Of a stretch of 64,000 nt of DNA, positions 1 to 9,889 are shown piece after piece; the first letter of the stretch is position 1, and each line of letters starts with the position of its first letter. Under the pieces are notes generated by a model. That model ran no database searches. It saw only the letters and a list, made by a program, of their open reading frames with translations, and was not told the DNA's origin. The DNA is from Lawsonibacter sp. GTDB lineage: Bacteria; Bacillota; Clostridia; Oscillospirales; Oscillospiraceae. The DNA is taken from contig JBMNQB010000001.1 in assembly GCA_050943915.1 (NCBI GenBank), positions 213,712 to 277,711 on the forward strand, given 5' to 3'. Made by a program: the position numbers and the translations under genes.

Positions 1-697
1 CCACACTGGGCTTCCGAAGCTGGTCCCGCTCCTCCATGGGGACGCTCTCCCATCTGCCCCCCAGGTAGTGCCCCCGGGAGACCAGCTCACACTCCAGGGT
101 CATATTGTTCTGGATGATGTCCGGCCAGCCCAGCAGCTTGCTCAGATTCGCCGGATAGTCCAGCCCAAGCTCCCGCCGGGCAGTGTCAAAGTAGCGGTAG
201 TCGTTGGCCGTCCAGTCGTACCCCAGGGCGGGACAGGCGTCCTGAAAATCCGGGGCGTCCACACCGGCAGCCAGTTCCGCCGCCAGCTCCGGAAGCCGGA
301 AGTCCTCCGGCAGGTCTGCCGGGAAATCCGCAGGGGCCAGCGGCTCCCCGTCGAACCAGTACACCCGGGCACAGCCCGCGTCTTTGGGGTCATAGCCCCA
401 CCGCTGGGAGCCCAGCTCGTAGAAGAAGGACAGCAGCCCCGTTTTGGGCAATAAGCTCTCCCGGTCCAGCGGAGCCAGGCTGGCACAGTCAAACTGGGCC
501 AGAAAAGCCAGAGGCCGGGGCCGGACAGCCTCATCCTCCGGGACCGCAGTCTCAAAGACGGGCCAGGTGAAGCCGGCGGGCACGTCAGGACGGCCGCCGA
601 AGCGGCTGACTCCTACGGGAAGTTCGCACTTAGCGGGCACAAAGCGGCTCTCAATTCGGCCGCGGCACAAATTCGGCAAAATATGTTTCCAATCCAT
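1..697 (-). CDS. YwqG/DUF1963-family protein (3' end beyond left edge of window)
   Basis: Hand translation from ATG at 697 (RBS AAAGGA upstream): MDWKHILPNL...SRFGGRPDVPAGFTWP...LAFLAQFDC...LLPKTGLLSFFY. These are typical YwqG motifs; absent from the ORF track because no stop lies in the window. Confidence 0.75.
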   Translation of the reverse strand, partial: MDWKHILPNLCRGRIESRFVPAKCELPVGVSRFGGRPDVPAGFTWPVFETAVPEDEAVRPRPLAFLAQFDCASLAPLDRESLLPKTGLLSFFYELGSQRWGYDPKDAGCARVYWFDGEPLAPADFPADLPEDFRLPELAAELAAGVDAPDFQDACPALGYDWTANDYRYFDTARRELGLDYPANLSKLLGWPDIIQNNMTLECELVSRGHYLGGRWESVPMEERDQLRKPSV

Positions 698-1047
698 AGC
701 TGGTTCCTTTCCAGGGGCCCTCGCCCCCCTTGTCAAAGTGTTCCTTTTTATCCTACCACAAATCTTTCTCTTTGGTCAAACCTTCTAAAATTTCATAACA
801 GGAACGGGGCAAATGCGACAAATCGATTTTGCACATTCTCTGGCGTCCCGAACCCCTTCCCTGCCCCAGCTTCCCCCCGAATTTTGCAATTTTTCCTTCA
901 TTTATCTGTTTTTTCTCCCGCGGCATGATTCTTATTTTTCAGTATAATGCCCAATAGATTTCCGTTTCCTCATCCCTTATGATGTATACTATGTGGAGAA
1001 GTGTACCCGGATCTCATCCGGAATTCAGAACGCGGAGGTGTTTCCCC

Positions 1048-1533
1048 ATGTCCACTGGCATTTCTATGGACCGTGTGGATCAAATCATTGACTCCTACGG
1101 CTGCCAGCGCCACCACCTGATCGCCATTATGCAGGACATCCAGGCGGAGTACAAGTATCTCAGCCCGGAGGTCCTGGAGCGGATCGCCGAAAAGCTGGAT
1201 GTCGGCGTGGCCAAGGTATACAGCGTGGCCACCTTCTATGAGAACTTTTCTCTGGAAGCCAAGGGCAAATACATCATCAAGGTGTGTGACGGCACCGCCT
1301 GTCATGTGCGGAAGTCCCAGCCGATCTACAACGCCATTCGGGAGTACCTGGAGCTGGAGGACAAGCAAAAGACCTCCGCCGATGGTCTGTTCACTCTGGA
1401 GACGGTGGCCTGCCTGGGCGCCTGCGGGCTGGCCCCGGTGGTCACCGTCAACGACAAGGTCCATTCCAAAATGACCCCTGAGCTGGCCATCGAGCTGCTG
1501 GAGGAGCTGAAAAAGGAGGAAGCCGCCCTATGA
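1048..1533 (+). CDS. hydC: Electron-bifurcating [FeFe]-hydrogenase NuoE-like 2Fe-2S subunit
   Basis: VCDGTACH and CLGACGLAP motifs; GGAGG RBS at 1034-1038 before ATG 1048. Confidence 0.9.
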   Translation: MSTGISMDRVDQIIDSYGCQRHHLIAIMQDIQAEYKYLSPEVLERIAEKLDVGVAKVYSVATFYENFSLEAKGKYIIKVCDGTACHVRKSQPIYNAIREYLELEDKQKTSADGLFTLETVACLGACGLAPVVTVNDKVHSKMTPELAIELLEELKKEEAAL

Positions 1534-3431
1534 TGACCGCTGCAAAACTGACCCGTGAGCAGTTTAAGGTCCGCCAGCTGCGGGACAAGCGGGCCCTTGA
1601 GGCCCAGAAGAAGCAGGTGCTGATCTGCGCCGGCACCGGCTGCATCGCCGGCGGCTCCCTGGAGATCTATGACTACATCCAGTCGGAGTGCCAGCGCCGC
1701 GGGATGGATGTCCACATCAGCCTGATCCATGAGGGAGAGCCCGAGGCCCCCGATGAGGCCCACGACCTCCATCTGAAAAAAAGCGGCTGCCACGGCTTCT
1801 GCGAAATGGGCCCCCTGCTCCAGATCGAGCCGGACGGCATCCTCTATACCCACGTTCACCTGGAGGACTGCGATGAGATCATCGAAAAGACGCTCCTTCA
1901 GGGTGAGCTGATCCCCCGCCTGCTCTACCAGCTGGACGGGGTCACCTATGCCAAGCACGAGGAGATCCCTTTCTATCACAAGCAGCAGCGGGTGGTCCTG
2001 GAGAACTGCGGCACCACCGATGCGGAGGATATCGACGAGTACATCGCCCGGGACGGCTACTCCGCCTTTGAACGGGCGCTGTTTGAGATGACCGACGAGG
2101 CCATCTGCAAGGAGATCTCCGATTCCGGCCTCCGGGGCCGGGGGGGCGGCGGCTTCCCAGCCGGCCGCAAGTGGGAGAGCGTCCGCCTCCAGCCCAAGGG
2201 CAAGAAGTATGTGGTGTGCAACGGCGACGAGGGCGACCCCGGCGCCTTCATGGACCGCTCCATCATGGAGGGCAACCCCCACTCCATCATCGAGGGAATG
2301 CTCATCGCCGCTGTGGCCGCCGGCAGCGACGAGGGCTATATCTACGTCCGCGCGGAGTACCCGCTGGCAGTCTCCCGCCTCAAGACGGCCATCGCCAAGG
2401 CGGAGGAGATGGGCCTGCTGGGCGACAACATCCTGGGCACCGATTTCTGCTTCCACCTCCATGTAAACCGCGGCGCCGGCGCCTTTGTCTGCGGCGAGGG
2501 CTCCGCCCTCACCGCCTCCATCGAGGGCAACCGCGGTATGCCCCGGGTCAAGCCCCCCCGCACCGTGGAGCAGGGCCTGTGGGCCCGGCCCACCGTGCTC
2601 AACAATGTGGAGACCTTCTCCAATGTTCCCCTCATCATCCGCCGGGGCTCCGCCTGGTACCGCTCCATCGGCACCGAGCGCAGCCACGGAACAAAGGCCT
2701 TCGCCCTCACGGGCAACGTAGTCAACACCGGCCTGATCGAGGTCCCCATGGGCACCACTCTGCGCCAGATCATCTTTGAGATCGGCGGCGGCATCAAGGA
2801 CGGCAAGAAGTTCAAGGCGGTGCAGATCGGCGGTCCCTCCGGCGGCTGCCTCACCGAGGAGCATCTGGATATGCCCCTGGACTTTGACTCCCTGAAGCAG
2901 GTGGGGGCTATGATCGGCTCCGGCGGCCTGGTGGTCATGGACGAGGACACCTGCATGGTGGAAGTGGCCCGGTTCTTTATGAACTTCACCCAGAATGAGT
3001 CCTGCGGCAAGTGCGTTCCCTGCCGGGAGGGCACCCGCCGGATGCTGGAGATCCTCACCCGCATCGTGAACAACGAGGGCAGCCTGGAGGACCTGGACCT
3101 GCTGGAGGACCTGTCCAGCACCATCACGGAGACCGCCCTGTGCGGCCTGGGCCAGTCTGCCTGCAAGCCGGTGCAGAGCACCCTGAAATATTTCCGGGAC
3201 GAGTATCTGGCCCACGTGGTGGATAAGCACTGCCCCCACTGCAACGGCCGGAAGAAGGAGCTCCACATCGATCCTGAGCTGTGCAAGGGCTGCGGCAAGT
3301 GTATGCGGCAGTGTCCCATGGAGGCCATTTCCGGCCAGATCCGGATGCCCCATGTCATCGATACAGAAAAATGCATCAAGTGCGGCGCGTGCTGGGGCTG
3401 CTGTCCCTTCGGCGCCATTCGGGAGGAGTGA
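1530..3431 (+). CDS. hydB: Electron-bifurcating [FeFe]-hydrogenase NuoF-like FMN/NADH subunit
   Basis: GLRGRGGGGFP, CNGDEGDPGAFMDR, ESCGKCVPCREG and a C-terminal 2x[4Fe-4S] domain. Confidence 0.92.
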   Translation: MMTAAKLTREQFKVRQLRDKRALEAQKKQVLICAGTGCIAGGSLEIYDYIQSECQRRGMDVHISLIHEGEPEAPDEAHDLHLKKSGCHGFCEMGPLLQIEPDGILYTHVHLEDCDEIIEKTLLQGELIPRLLYQLDGVTYAKHEEIPFYHKQQRVVLENCGTTDAEDIDEYIARDGYSAFERALFEMTDEAICKEISDSGLRGRGGGGFPAGRKWESVRLQPKGKKYVVCNGDEGDPGAFMDRSIMEGNPHSIIEGMLIAAVAAGSDEGYIYVRAEYPLAVSRLKTAIAKAEEMGLLGDNILGTDFCFHLHVNRGAGAFVCGEGSALTASIEGNRGMPRVKPPRTVEQGLWARPTVLNNVETFSNVPLIIRRGSAWYRSIGTERSHGTKAFALTGNVVNTGLIEVPMGTTLRQIIFEIGGGIKDGKKFKAVQIGGPSGGCLTEEHLDMPLDFDSLKQVGAMIGSGGLVVMDEDTCMVEVARFFMNFTQNESCGKCVPCREGTRRMLEILTRIVNNEGSLEDLDLLEDLSSTITETALCGLGQSACKPVQSTLKYFRDEYLAHVVDKHCPHCNGRKKELHIDPELCKGCGKCMRQCPMEAISGQIRMPHVIDTEKCIKCGACWGCCPFGAIREE

Positions 3432-3436
3432 GCACT

Positions 3437-5131
3437 ATGGCAAAGGGAATCATGTACATCGACGGCCAGCGGGTCCCCTTCGACGGGGAGACCAATGTGC
3501 TGTCCGTCATCCGCAAGGCCGGCATCGAGATGCCCACCTTCTGCTATTACTCCGACCTGTCCGTCTACGGTGCCTGCCGGATGTGTGTGGTGGAGGATGA
3601 GCGGGGCAAGATCGAGACCTCCTGCTCCATGAAGCCCCGGGACGGGCTGTCCATCCGCACCAACACCGCCCGGCTGCTGAAGCACCGCCGGATGATCCTG
3701 GAGCTGCTGCTGGCCTCTCACAACTGCTCCTGCACCACCTGTGAGAAGAGCGGCGACTGCCGCCTTCAGGAGCTGGCCATGCGCTTCGGCGTACGCCGTG
3801 TGCGCTTTGGGGACAGCCGGGAGGAGTCCCAGCTGGACGACAGCAGCCCCGCCGTGGTCCGGGACCCCAGCAAGTGCATCCTGTGCGGCGACTGTGTCCG
3901 GGTGTGCGGCGAGACCATCGGCATGGGCATCATCGACTTTGCCCAGCGGGGCTATAATATGCGTGTCTCCCCCGCCTTCAACCGCACCCTGTCTGAGACC
4001 CACTGCATCAGCTGCGGACAGTGCTCTGCTGTCTGCCCCACCGGCGCCATCACGGTCTACAACCAGATCGGCAAGGCCTGGCGGGCCATCCACGACCCCA
4101 AGATCCGCACCGTGGTCCAGATCGCCCCCGCAGTCCGGGTGGCTGTGGGCGAGGCCTTCGGCCTGCCCGCCGGTGCCAACGCCCTGGACCAGCTGGTCAC
4201 CGCCCTGAAATTCATGGGGGTGGACGAGATCTATGACACCACCTTCGCTGCCGACTTCACCACCATTGAGGAGTCCCAGGAGTTCCTGGCCCGGCTGGAG
4301 AGCGGCGGCCCCTTCCCCATGTTCACCTCCTGCTGTCCTGCCTGGGTGAAGTACCTGGAGCTGGAAAACCCCAAATACCTCAAGCACATCTCCACTTGCA
4401 AGTCCCCCATGGAGATGTTTGCCTCCATCATCCGCAAGCACTATCAGGAGAAGGACGCGGAGGATGGCCGTACCACCTTCCACATCGCCATCATGCCCTG
4501 CACCGCCAAAAAGATGGAAGCCGCCCGCCCCCAGTTCCGCCACGACGGAAAACCCGATGTGGATCTGGTTCTCACCACTCAGGAGATCATCAACATGATT
4601 AAGGAGTCGGGCATCCAGCTGCCCCAGATGGAACTGGAGTCCCCCGACCTTCCCTTCGGACTGGGGTCCGGCTCCGCCACCATCTACGGCACCACCGGCG
4701 GTGTGGCCGAGGCCGTTGTGCGCCACTGTATGCCGGACAAATCCCGGAATACCCTGCGCGCCCTGGAGTACTCTCCCCTCCGCGGAAACGAGTCGGTCCG
4801 GGAGGCCACCGTCCAGGTAGGCGACCGTGAGATCCATCTGGCTGTGGTCCACGGCCTGATCCACGCCCAGGAGCTGCTGAAGGAGATCGACGCAGGCAAC
4901 GCCTACTACGATCTGATCGAGGTCATGACCTGCCCCGGCGGCTGTGTGGGCGGCGCAGGCCAGCCCTATGGTCTGAAGCAGAAGAAACAGGATCGCACCG
5001 CCGGTCTGTATGCTGCCGACCGCTCCGCCCCCTTTAAGCGGGCGGAATACAACCCGGTGGTCACCTCCATGCTGGACTCCTATACCCCGGAGCAGCGCCA
5101 CGATCTTCTTCATGTGGACTATACCAAATAA
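3437..5131 (+). CDS. hydA: [FeFe]-hydrogenase catalytic subunit (group A3 arrangement)
   Basis: H-cluster motifs FTSCCPAW, MPCTAKKME, EVMTCPGGCVGGAGQP; N-terminal Fe-S domains; start MAKG at 3437. Confidence 0.95.
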   Translation: MAKGIMYIDGQRVPFDGETNVLSVIRKAGIEMPTFCYYSDLSVYGACRMCVVEDERGKIETSCSMKPRDGLSIRTNTARLLKHRRMILELLLASHNCSCTTCEKSGDCRLQELAMRFGVRRVRFGDSREESQLDDSSPAVVRDPSKCILCGDCVRVCGETIGMGIIDFAQRGYNMRVSPAFNRTLSETHCISCGQCSAVCPTGAITVYNQIGKAWRAIHDPKIRTVVQIAPAVRVAVGEAFGLPAGANALDQLVTALKFMGVDEIYDTTFAADFTTIEESQEFLARLESGGPFPMFTSCCPAWVKYLELENPKYLKHISTCKSPMEMFASIIRKHYQEKDAEDGRTTFHIAIMPCTAKKMEAARPQFRHDGKPDVDLVLTTQEIINMIKESGIQLPQMELESPDLPFGLGSGSATIYGTTGGVAEAVVRHCMPDKSRNTLRALEYSPLRGNESVREATVQVGDREIHLAVVHGLIHAQELLKEIDAGNAYYDLIEVMTCPGGCVGGAGQPYGLKQKKQDRTAGLYAADRSAPFKRAEYNPVVTSMLDSYTPEQRHDLLHVDYTK

Positions 5132-5147
5132 ATCCCATCTCCCTGTT

Positions 5148-5187
5148 CAGCGGCCGTCCGGATCACCGGGCGGCCGCTGCGTTTTTT
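5148..5187 (+). terminator. Intrinsic terminator after hydA
   Basis: CAGCGGCCGTCCGG/CCGGGCGGCCGCTG hairpin followed by a T run. Confidence 0.75.
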
Positions 5188-5322
5188 GACGGGCTTTCCG
5201 TCTTTCTTTGCGTTTCTTGCGCTTTTTGAGTTTTTCCTTGCATACCAGTATGATTTTCGGTATGATGGGGGAAGAATATCTGCCCGTCATCTGGCGGGCT
5301 TTCTTTTTTAGGAGGTACTATA

Positions 5323-6597
5323 ATGGGCACAGGCAGTATTCTTGTCTCCGGCTTTGCACTGTTCGCCATGTTCTTTGGGGCAGGGAATTTGATCTTCCCC
5401 CCCTACCTGGGCATGACCGGCGGGAGCCAGTGGATCGCCGGCTTTCTCAGCTTCTTTTTCGTGGAGATCCTCTCCTGCGTGGGGATCCACGCCATGCTCC
5501 ACGGCGGAGGCAGCATCCAGGCCATGCAGAAGTCTGTGGGTGCGGCTCCGGGTGCGGTGCTGAACACGGCGGCCATTCTGTGCACCGGCGTATTCATCGC
5601 ACCGCCCCGCACTGCTGCCACCACCTATGAAATGGCCATCCAGCCGCTGACGGATCAGCTGGATCTGCTCCCCTTCTCCATTCTGTTTTTTACCGTGGTC
5701 TTTCTTATGACCATCCGCCCCACCCGTGTGGTGGACATCGTGGGCCGATGCCTGACTCCGGTACTGATCCTGGGCATCCTGGTGCTGATCCTGGCCGGCA
5801 TCCTGCATCCCATCGGCCCCATTGAGGCCCCAGTCTCCCCCAATATCGTTCAGGACGGCCTGCTGGCCGGGTATCAGGCCATGGACATCATCTCGGTAGC
5901 CGGCTTTGCCGTCATCATCCAGGACACCCTGGCCCAGGCCGGGCTGAGGACCTGGCCCCAGCAGCGCCGCCATGTGGCCGGGACGGCCTGTGTCGCCGGA
6001 CTCCTGCTGGCCCTGGTGTACAGCGGCCTGACCTATCTGGGGGCCACTGCCGGCGTATTCCTGGAGCAGGGCCTGGATCAGGCCGAACTGATCGTCGCCA
6101 TCACCTATCAGCTGCTGGGCCGCTTCGGCGTGATCGTCCTGGCCATCGTGGTGGGCTTTGCCTGCCTGACCACTTCCATCGGCCTGTTTGGCGCCACCGC
6201 CTCTTACTTCCAGCGGATCACCCACGGCCGCCTCTCCTACCGCGCCGGCATTTTGATCCTCAGTGTGATCGGCTGCGCCATCTGCAACCTGGGGCTGTCC
6301 ACCATCATCGCGGCAGCCTCCCCCGTCCTGTCGGTCATCTGCCCCCCCTTTATGACCACGGTGATCCTGCTGTTCTTCCAGGACCGCATCCACCGCGCGG
6401 GCCTCTACAAGGGTGCGGCTCTGGGCGCTACCGCCGCCAGCCTGCTGCTGGCCCTCCACTCCTACTGTAAGCTTTTCCCTCTGGCCGAGCATCTCCCCTT
6501 CTACAACTACGGCTTCGGCTGGCTCATCCCCGCCATCATTGGCGGCATCCTGGGCTGGCTGTTCTCCAGGCCGGGCTCCGCCGGAGCGGAGCAGTAA
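5323..6597 (+). CDS. brnQ: Branched-chain amino acid:cation symporter (LIVCS)
   Basis: GFALFAMFFGAGNLIFPPYLG signature, PRTAATTYEM; multiple TM segments. Confidence 0.9.
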   Translation: MGTGSILVSGFALFAMFFGAGNLIFPPYLGMTGGSQWIAGFLSFFFVEILSCVGIHAMLHGGGSIQAMQKSVGAAPGAVLNTAAILCTGVFIAPPRTAATTYEMAIQPLTDQLDLLPFSILFFTVVFLMTIRPTRVVDIVGRCLTPVLILGILVLILAGILHPIGPIEAPVSPNIVQDGLLAGYQAMDIISVAGFAVIIQDTLAQAGLRTWPQQRRHVAGTACVAGLLLALVYSGLTYLGATAGVFLEQGLDQAELIVAITYQLLGRFGVIVLAIVVGFACLTTSIGLFGATASYFQRITHGRLSYRAGILILSVIGCAICNLGLSTIIAAASPVLSVICPPFMTTVILLFFQDRIHRAGLYKGAALGATAASLLLALHSYCKLFPLAEHLPFYNYGFGWLIPAIIGGILGWLFSRPGSAGAEQ

Positions 6598-6625
6598 GCT
6601 CCAACCTTCCCTCTCCCAAAAAGCC

Positions 6626-6670
6626 AAAAAGGACCGGGCCCACGGTTTTGCCGTAGGCCCGGTCCTTTTT
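6626..6670. terminator. Bidirectional terminator between brnQ and the chromate transporter
   Basis: AAAAAGGACCGGGCC...GGCCCGGTCCTTTTT between convergent genes. Confidence 0.8.
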
Positions 6671-6683
6671 CAGCCTTATGCAT

Positions 6684-7247
6684 TTACAGGATGCTGTACA
6701 GCAGGACGCCCGCCGCGCCAGCGCCCGCCATCACCCAAATCGGGTTCACCTTCCAGCGGCGGAGGATCAGGATGGCCACTGTAAAAATGCCCACGGAGAT
6801 CCAGTTGACGCCGCTCAGATCAGCGGGAAGCTCCCGCGCACCGTAGAGGGATAAAATCAACAGGGAGAGCCCGGCAGAGGCGATCATAGCCACCACCGCG
6901 GGCCGCAGCCCGGACAGGATCCCCTGCACCATGGACAGACCCTTATACCGGTAATAGAGGTAGGCCAGCGCCATCACGATGACACAGGAGGGCAGGATAC
7001 ACCCCAGCGTGGCCACCAGCGCCCCGGGCAGTCCAGCCACCTGGATCCCCACAAAGGTGGCGGAGTTGATTGCAATGGGGCCAGGTGTCATCTCCGCGAT
7101 GGTCATAATATCGGCAAACTGCGTCATGGTCAGCCACGGATGGAGGTCCACCACCTGATGCTGGATCAGCGGCATGGCCGCATAGCCGCCGCCGATGCTG
7201 AACAACCCGATCTGAAAGAAGCTCCACAACAGCTCCAGATAGATCAT
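6684..7247 (-). CDS. Short-chain chromate transporter (CHR) subunit
   Basis: FFQIGLFSIGGGYAAMPLI and AEMTPGPIAINSATFVG motifs. Confidence 0.88.
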   Translation of the reverse strand: MIYLELLWSFFQIGLFSIGGGYAAMPLIQHQVVDLHPWLTMTQFADIMTIAEMTPGPIAINSATFVGIQVAGLPGALVATLGCILPSCVIVMALAYLYYRYKGLSMVQGILSGLRPAVVAMIASAGLSLLILSLYGARELPADLSGVNWISVGIFTVAILILRRWKVNPIWVMAGAGAAGVLLYSIL

Positions 7248-7819
7248 GTCCCGCTCCCCTCCTTCTTTTTCTTCTCCTGACAGTAGGTGTCCACCGCGCC
7301 AATGAGGCCGCAGACCAGAATGATCACCATGATGTTCACGCCCCAGAAGCGGGCCGCGGCAAAGGAGCCCACCAGGACCAGCACAGGAAGCACTCGCTTC
7401 TGCCGGACTACGGAGCCGCCCATCGTAAGCACTACATCACAGATCACCGCCGCCACACCGGCCAGCATCCCATCCATCGCCATGTTGACGATGGCGTTAT
7501 CCCGGAAGGCTGCGTAAAACATGGAGATCACCGAAATAATGATCAGCGGCGGCAGGATGGTGCCCAACACCGTCAGCAGTGCTCCCGGGACCCCTGCCAC
7601 CCGGTAACCCACCAAAATGGACGCATTTACCGCAATCGCCCCCGGTGAGGACTGGGCGATGGCGGTGAGATCCAGCATCTCCTGCTCCTCGATCCATTGC
7701 AGCTTCTCCACAAACTTTTTGCGCATCAGGGGGATGATCACAAATCCGCCCCCAAAGGTGAACGCGCTGAGCTGGAATGTGGACAGAAACAGGGTCCAGT
7801 ATTTCTTCTTTTGACTCAA
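7244..7819 (-). CDS. Short-chain chromate transporter (CHR) subunit
   Basis: TTG start at 7819 after GGAGG; SAFTFGGGFVIIPL and AQSSPGAIAVN motifs; overlaps the partner by 4 nt. Confidence 0.88.
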   Translation of the reverse strand: MSQKKKYWTLFLSTFQLSAFTFGGGFVIIPLMRKKFVEKLQWIEEQEMLDLTAIAQSSPGAIAVNASILVGYRVAGVPGALLTVLGTILPPLIIISVISMFYAAFRDNAIVNMAMDGMLAGVAAVICDVVLTMGGSVVRQKRVLPVLVLVGSFAAARFWGVNIMVIILVCGLIGAVDTYCQEKKKKEGSGT

Positions 7820-7927
7820 TTCCGCTCCCTCCTTTTCTTCCTGACCATTATAAGCCTTGCAAAATAATAAGAGAAATAATATTATTATATTGATTCCATT
7901 AGAAAAACAATATAAGGGGTGTGTACC

Positions 7928-8842
7928 ATGACCCTGCGACACATCAAGATCTTTCTCGCCCTCTGTGAGCAAGACTGCAACACCACCCGGGCGGCGGAGG
8001 CCCTGCACATGACTCAGCCTGCGGTGAGCCTTGCCCTCCGGGAGCTGGAGGAACATTACGGCGTGGTCCTTTTTGACCGGATCGGCCGGCGGCTGCGAAT
8101 CACCGCGGCTGGGGAGCGCTTCGCCTCCTACGCCTCCCGGATCGCGGCCTTGTTCGACGACATGGAGCGGCAGCTGCGCGGCTGGGACCGATGCGGACTG
8201 CTCCGGGTGGGGGCCAGTATTACGATCGGCTCTCAGTTCCTCCCCGGCTATGTCAAGCGCTTCTGCGCCCTCCACCCCGGCGCTGAGATCCAGGCCATGG
8301 TGGCCCCCTCTGAGCTGCTGGAGCAGCAGCTCATGGACAACCTGCTGGACCTGGCCCTGATGGAAGGGGTACCCCATGTCCCCGCCCTGCGGTCCGAGGA
8401 GTATATGGAGGACCGCCTGGTGGTCATCGTCCCTGGGGACGGGCCCTTCCGCCCCGGTCAGCACCTGTCCCAGGAGGAATTCCGCCGACAGAAATTTTTG
8501 CTGCGGGAGCGGGGCAGCGGCACACGGGAAGAATTTGAACGGGTGACAGAGCGGGCCGGCTTCACAGTCTCCCCCACCTGGGAGGCCACCAGCACCACCG
8601 CGCTGGTCAATGCGGTCATCAGCGGCCTTGGGATCGCTGTGCTGCCCTACCGTATGGTGTCCGCCCCTCTGGAGCGGGGACTGGTGTCCGCCGTCACCGT
8701 GGAGGGTCTGGATTTCCGCCGGAAATTCCGGATCGTCTATCACCGGGACAAATTTCTGACCACTCAGGCCCGGGACTTTATTGCCCTGTGCCGCAATTTT
8801 GAGGAAACGGCCTCTCCCCACCAGTACCCCGGGCTCTGCTGA
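7928..8842 (+). CDS. LysR-family regulator, divergent from the CHR pair
   Basis: MTLRHIKIF...TTRAAEALHMTQPAVSLALRELE HTH plus substrate-binding domain. Confidence 0.92.
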   Translation: MTLRHIKIFLALCEQDCNTTRAAEALHMTQPAVSLALRELEEHYGVVLFDRIGRRLRITAAGERFASYASRIAALFDDMERQLRGWDRCGLLRVGASITIGSQFLPGYVKRFCALHPGAEIQAMVAPSELLEQQLMDNLLDLALMEGVPHVPALRSEEYMEDRLVVIVPGDGPFRPGQHLSQEEFRRQKFLLRERGSGTREEFERVTERAGFTVSPTWEATSTTALVNAVISGLGIAVLPYRMVSAPLERGLVSAVTVEGLDFRRKFRIVYHRDKFLTTQARDFIALCRNFEETASPHQYPGLC

Positions 8843-8952
8843 TCCCACCGCTGGCAGGCAAAATCTTTTTAAAGTTCTCGACCGCCGCCGGCTCCTGTGA
8901 TATAATCCAGGCAGGACCACCCGGCTCCGCTCCGGCAGCCGCAGAAGAAAGG

Positions 8953-9732
8953 ATGAACGCCATGTATCAGATCAACAATTTTACCAACAATGACGACGTC
9001 AAGATCCTCGACTCCCTGGGCCCATTTACCGTGATAGAATACCAGAAGGACCTGAGTGTCATGCCTGGCAGCGCCCAGCTGGCCTATTACTGCAACGCCA
9101 TGAACGTGCGCAAGCGCCAGGTCATCTGCGACCTGAGCAAGGCAAATATCACCCTCCAGGCCGGAGCCATGCAGTGGACGGTGGGCAACGTCAACGCCAC
9201 CACTGGCGTCAAGGGGGTGGGCGACCTGTTCGGCAAGGCTCTCCGGGGCAGTGTCACCGGCGAGAGCGCCATCAAGCCGGAATATACCGGGGACGGCACC
9301 CTGGTCCTGGAGCCTACCTATCAGCATATTCTCCTGCTGGATCTGGCCGACTGGAACGGCTCCATCGTTCTGGACGACGGTCTGTTCCTGGCCTGTGACT
9401 CCAGACTGAAGCACAAAGCGGTCATGCGGTCCAACTTCTCCTCGGCGGTGGCCGGCAATGAGGGCCTGTTCAACCTGGGCATCGCGGGCAGCGGCGTAGT
9501 CTGCCTGGAGTCCTTCTGCCCCAAGGAGGAGCTGGTGGAGATCACCCTTCAGGACGACGTGCTGAAGGTGGATGGCAACATGGCCATCGCCTGGAGCGGC
9601 AGCCTGAATTTCACTGTGGAGCGCTCCGGCAAGTCCCTGGTCGGCTCCGCCGCCTCCGGCGAGGGCCTGGTCAACGTCTACCGCGGCACGGGCCGGGTGC
9701 TGCTGGCCCCCGTCCTGAACGGCGCGGTCTGA
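8953..9732 (+). CDS. AIM24-family protein
   Basis: QAGAMQW, AIKPEYTGDGTLVLEP, GEGLFNL, VDGNMAIAWS, GEGLVNVYRGTG segments. Confidence 0.8.
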   Translation: MNAMYQINNFTNNDDVKILDSLGPFTVIEYQKDLSVMPGSAQLAYYCNAMNVRKRQVICDLSKANITLQAGAMQWTVGNVNATTGVKGVGDLFGKALRGSVTGESAIKPEYTGDGTLVLEPTYQHILLLDLADWNGSIVLDDGLFLACDSRLKHKAVMRSNFSSAVAGNEGLFNLGIAGSGVVCLESFCPKEELVEITLQDDVLKVDGNMAIAWSGSLNFTVERSGKSLVGSAASGEGLVNVYRGTGRVLLAPVLNGAV

Positions 9733-9889
9733 TCTGAAACAGAACTTTTACAGCCCTCCGAATGGCTCGGAGGGCTGTTTTGCATCCCGGGCCCTTTCTT
9801 CGCACCAGGCCCCTGAACCGGGAATAGGATGGAGCATCGAATAGAAAGGAGGCCGGACCCGCCGCCTCTCGGCGGGCCCGATCCATACC

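Noticed and set aside
1326-5113. Long minus-strand ORFs (675 aa, 923 aa) over hydBA, and similar shadows at 19158-21482, 21526-23439, 30078-32921, 46251-48338 and 59777-61693
   Set aside because: Antisense shadow ORFs expected from high-GC codon bias. The opposite strand carries recognisable conserved proteins and these ORFs have no motifs.
6684-8842. CHR pair plus LysR as an acquired chromate-resistance island
   Set aside because: No mobility signs or compositional shift; short-chain CHR pairs are widespread and the substrate cannot be inferred.
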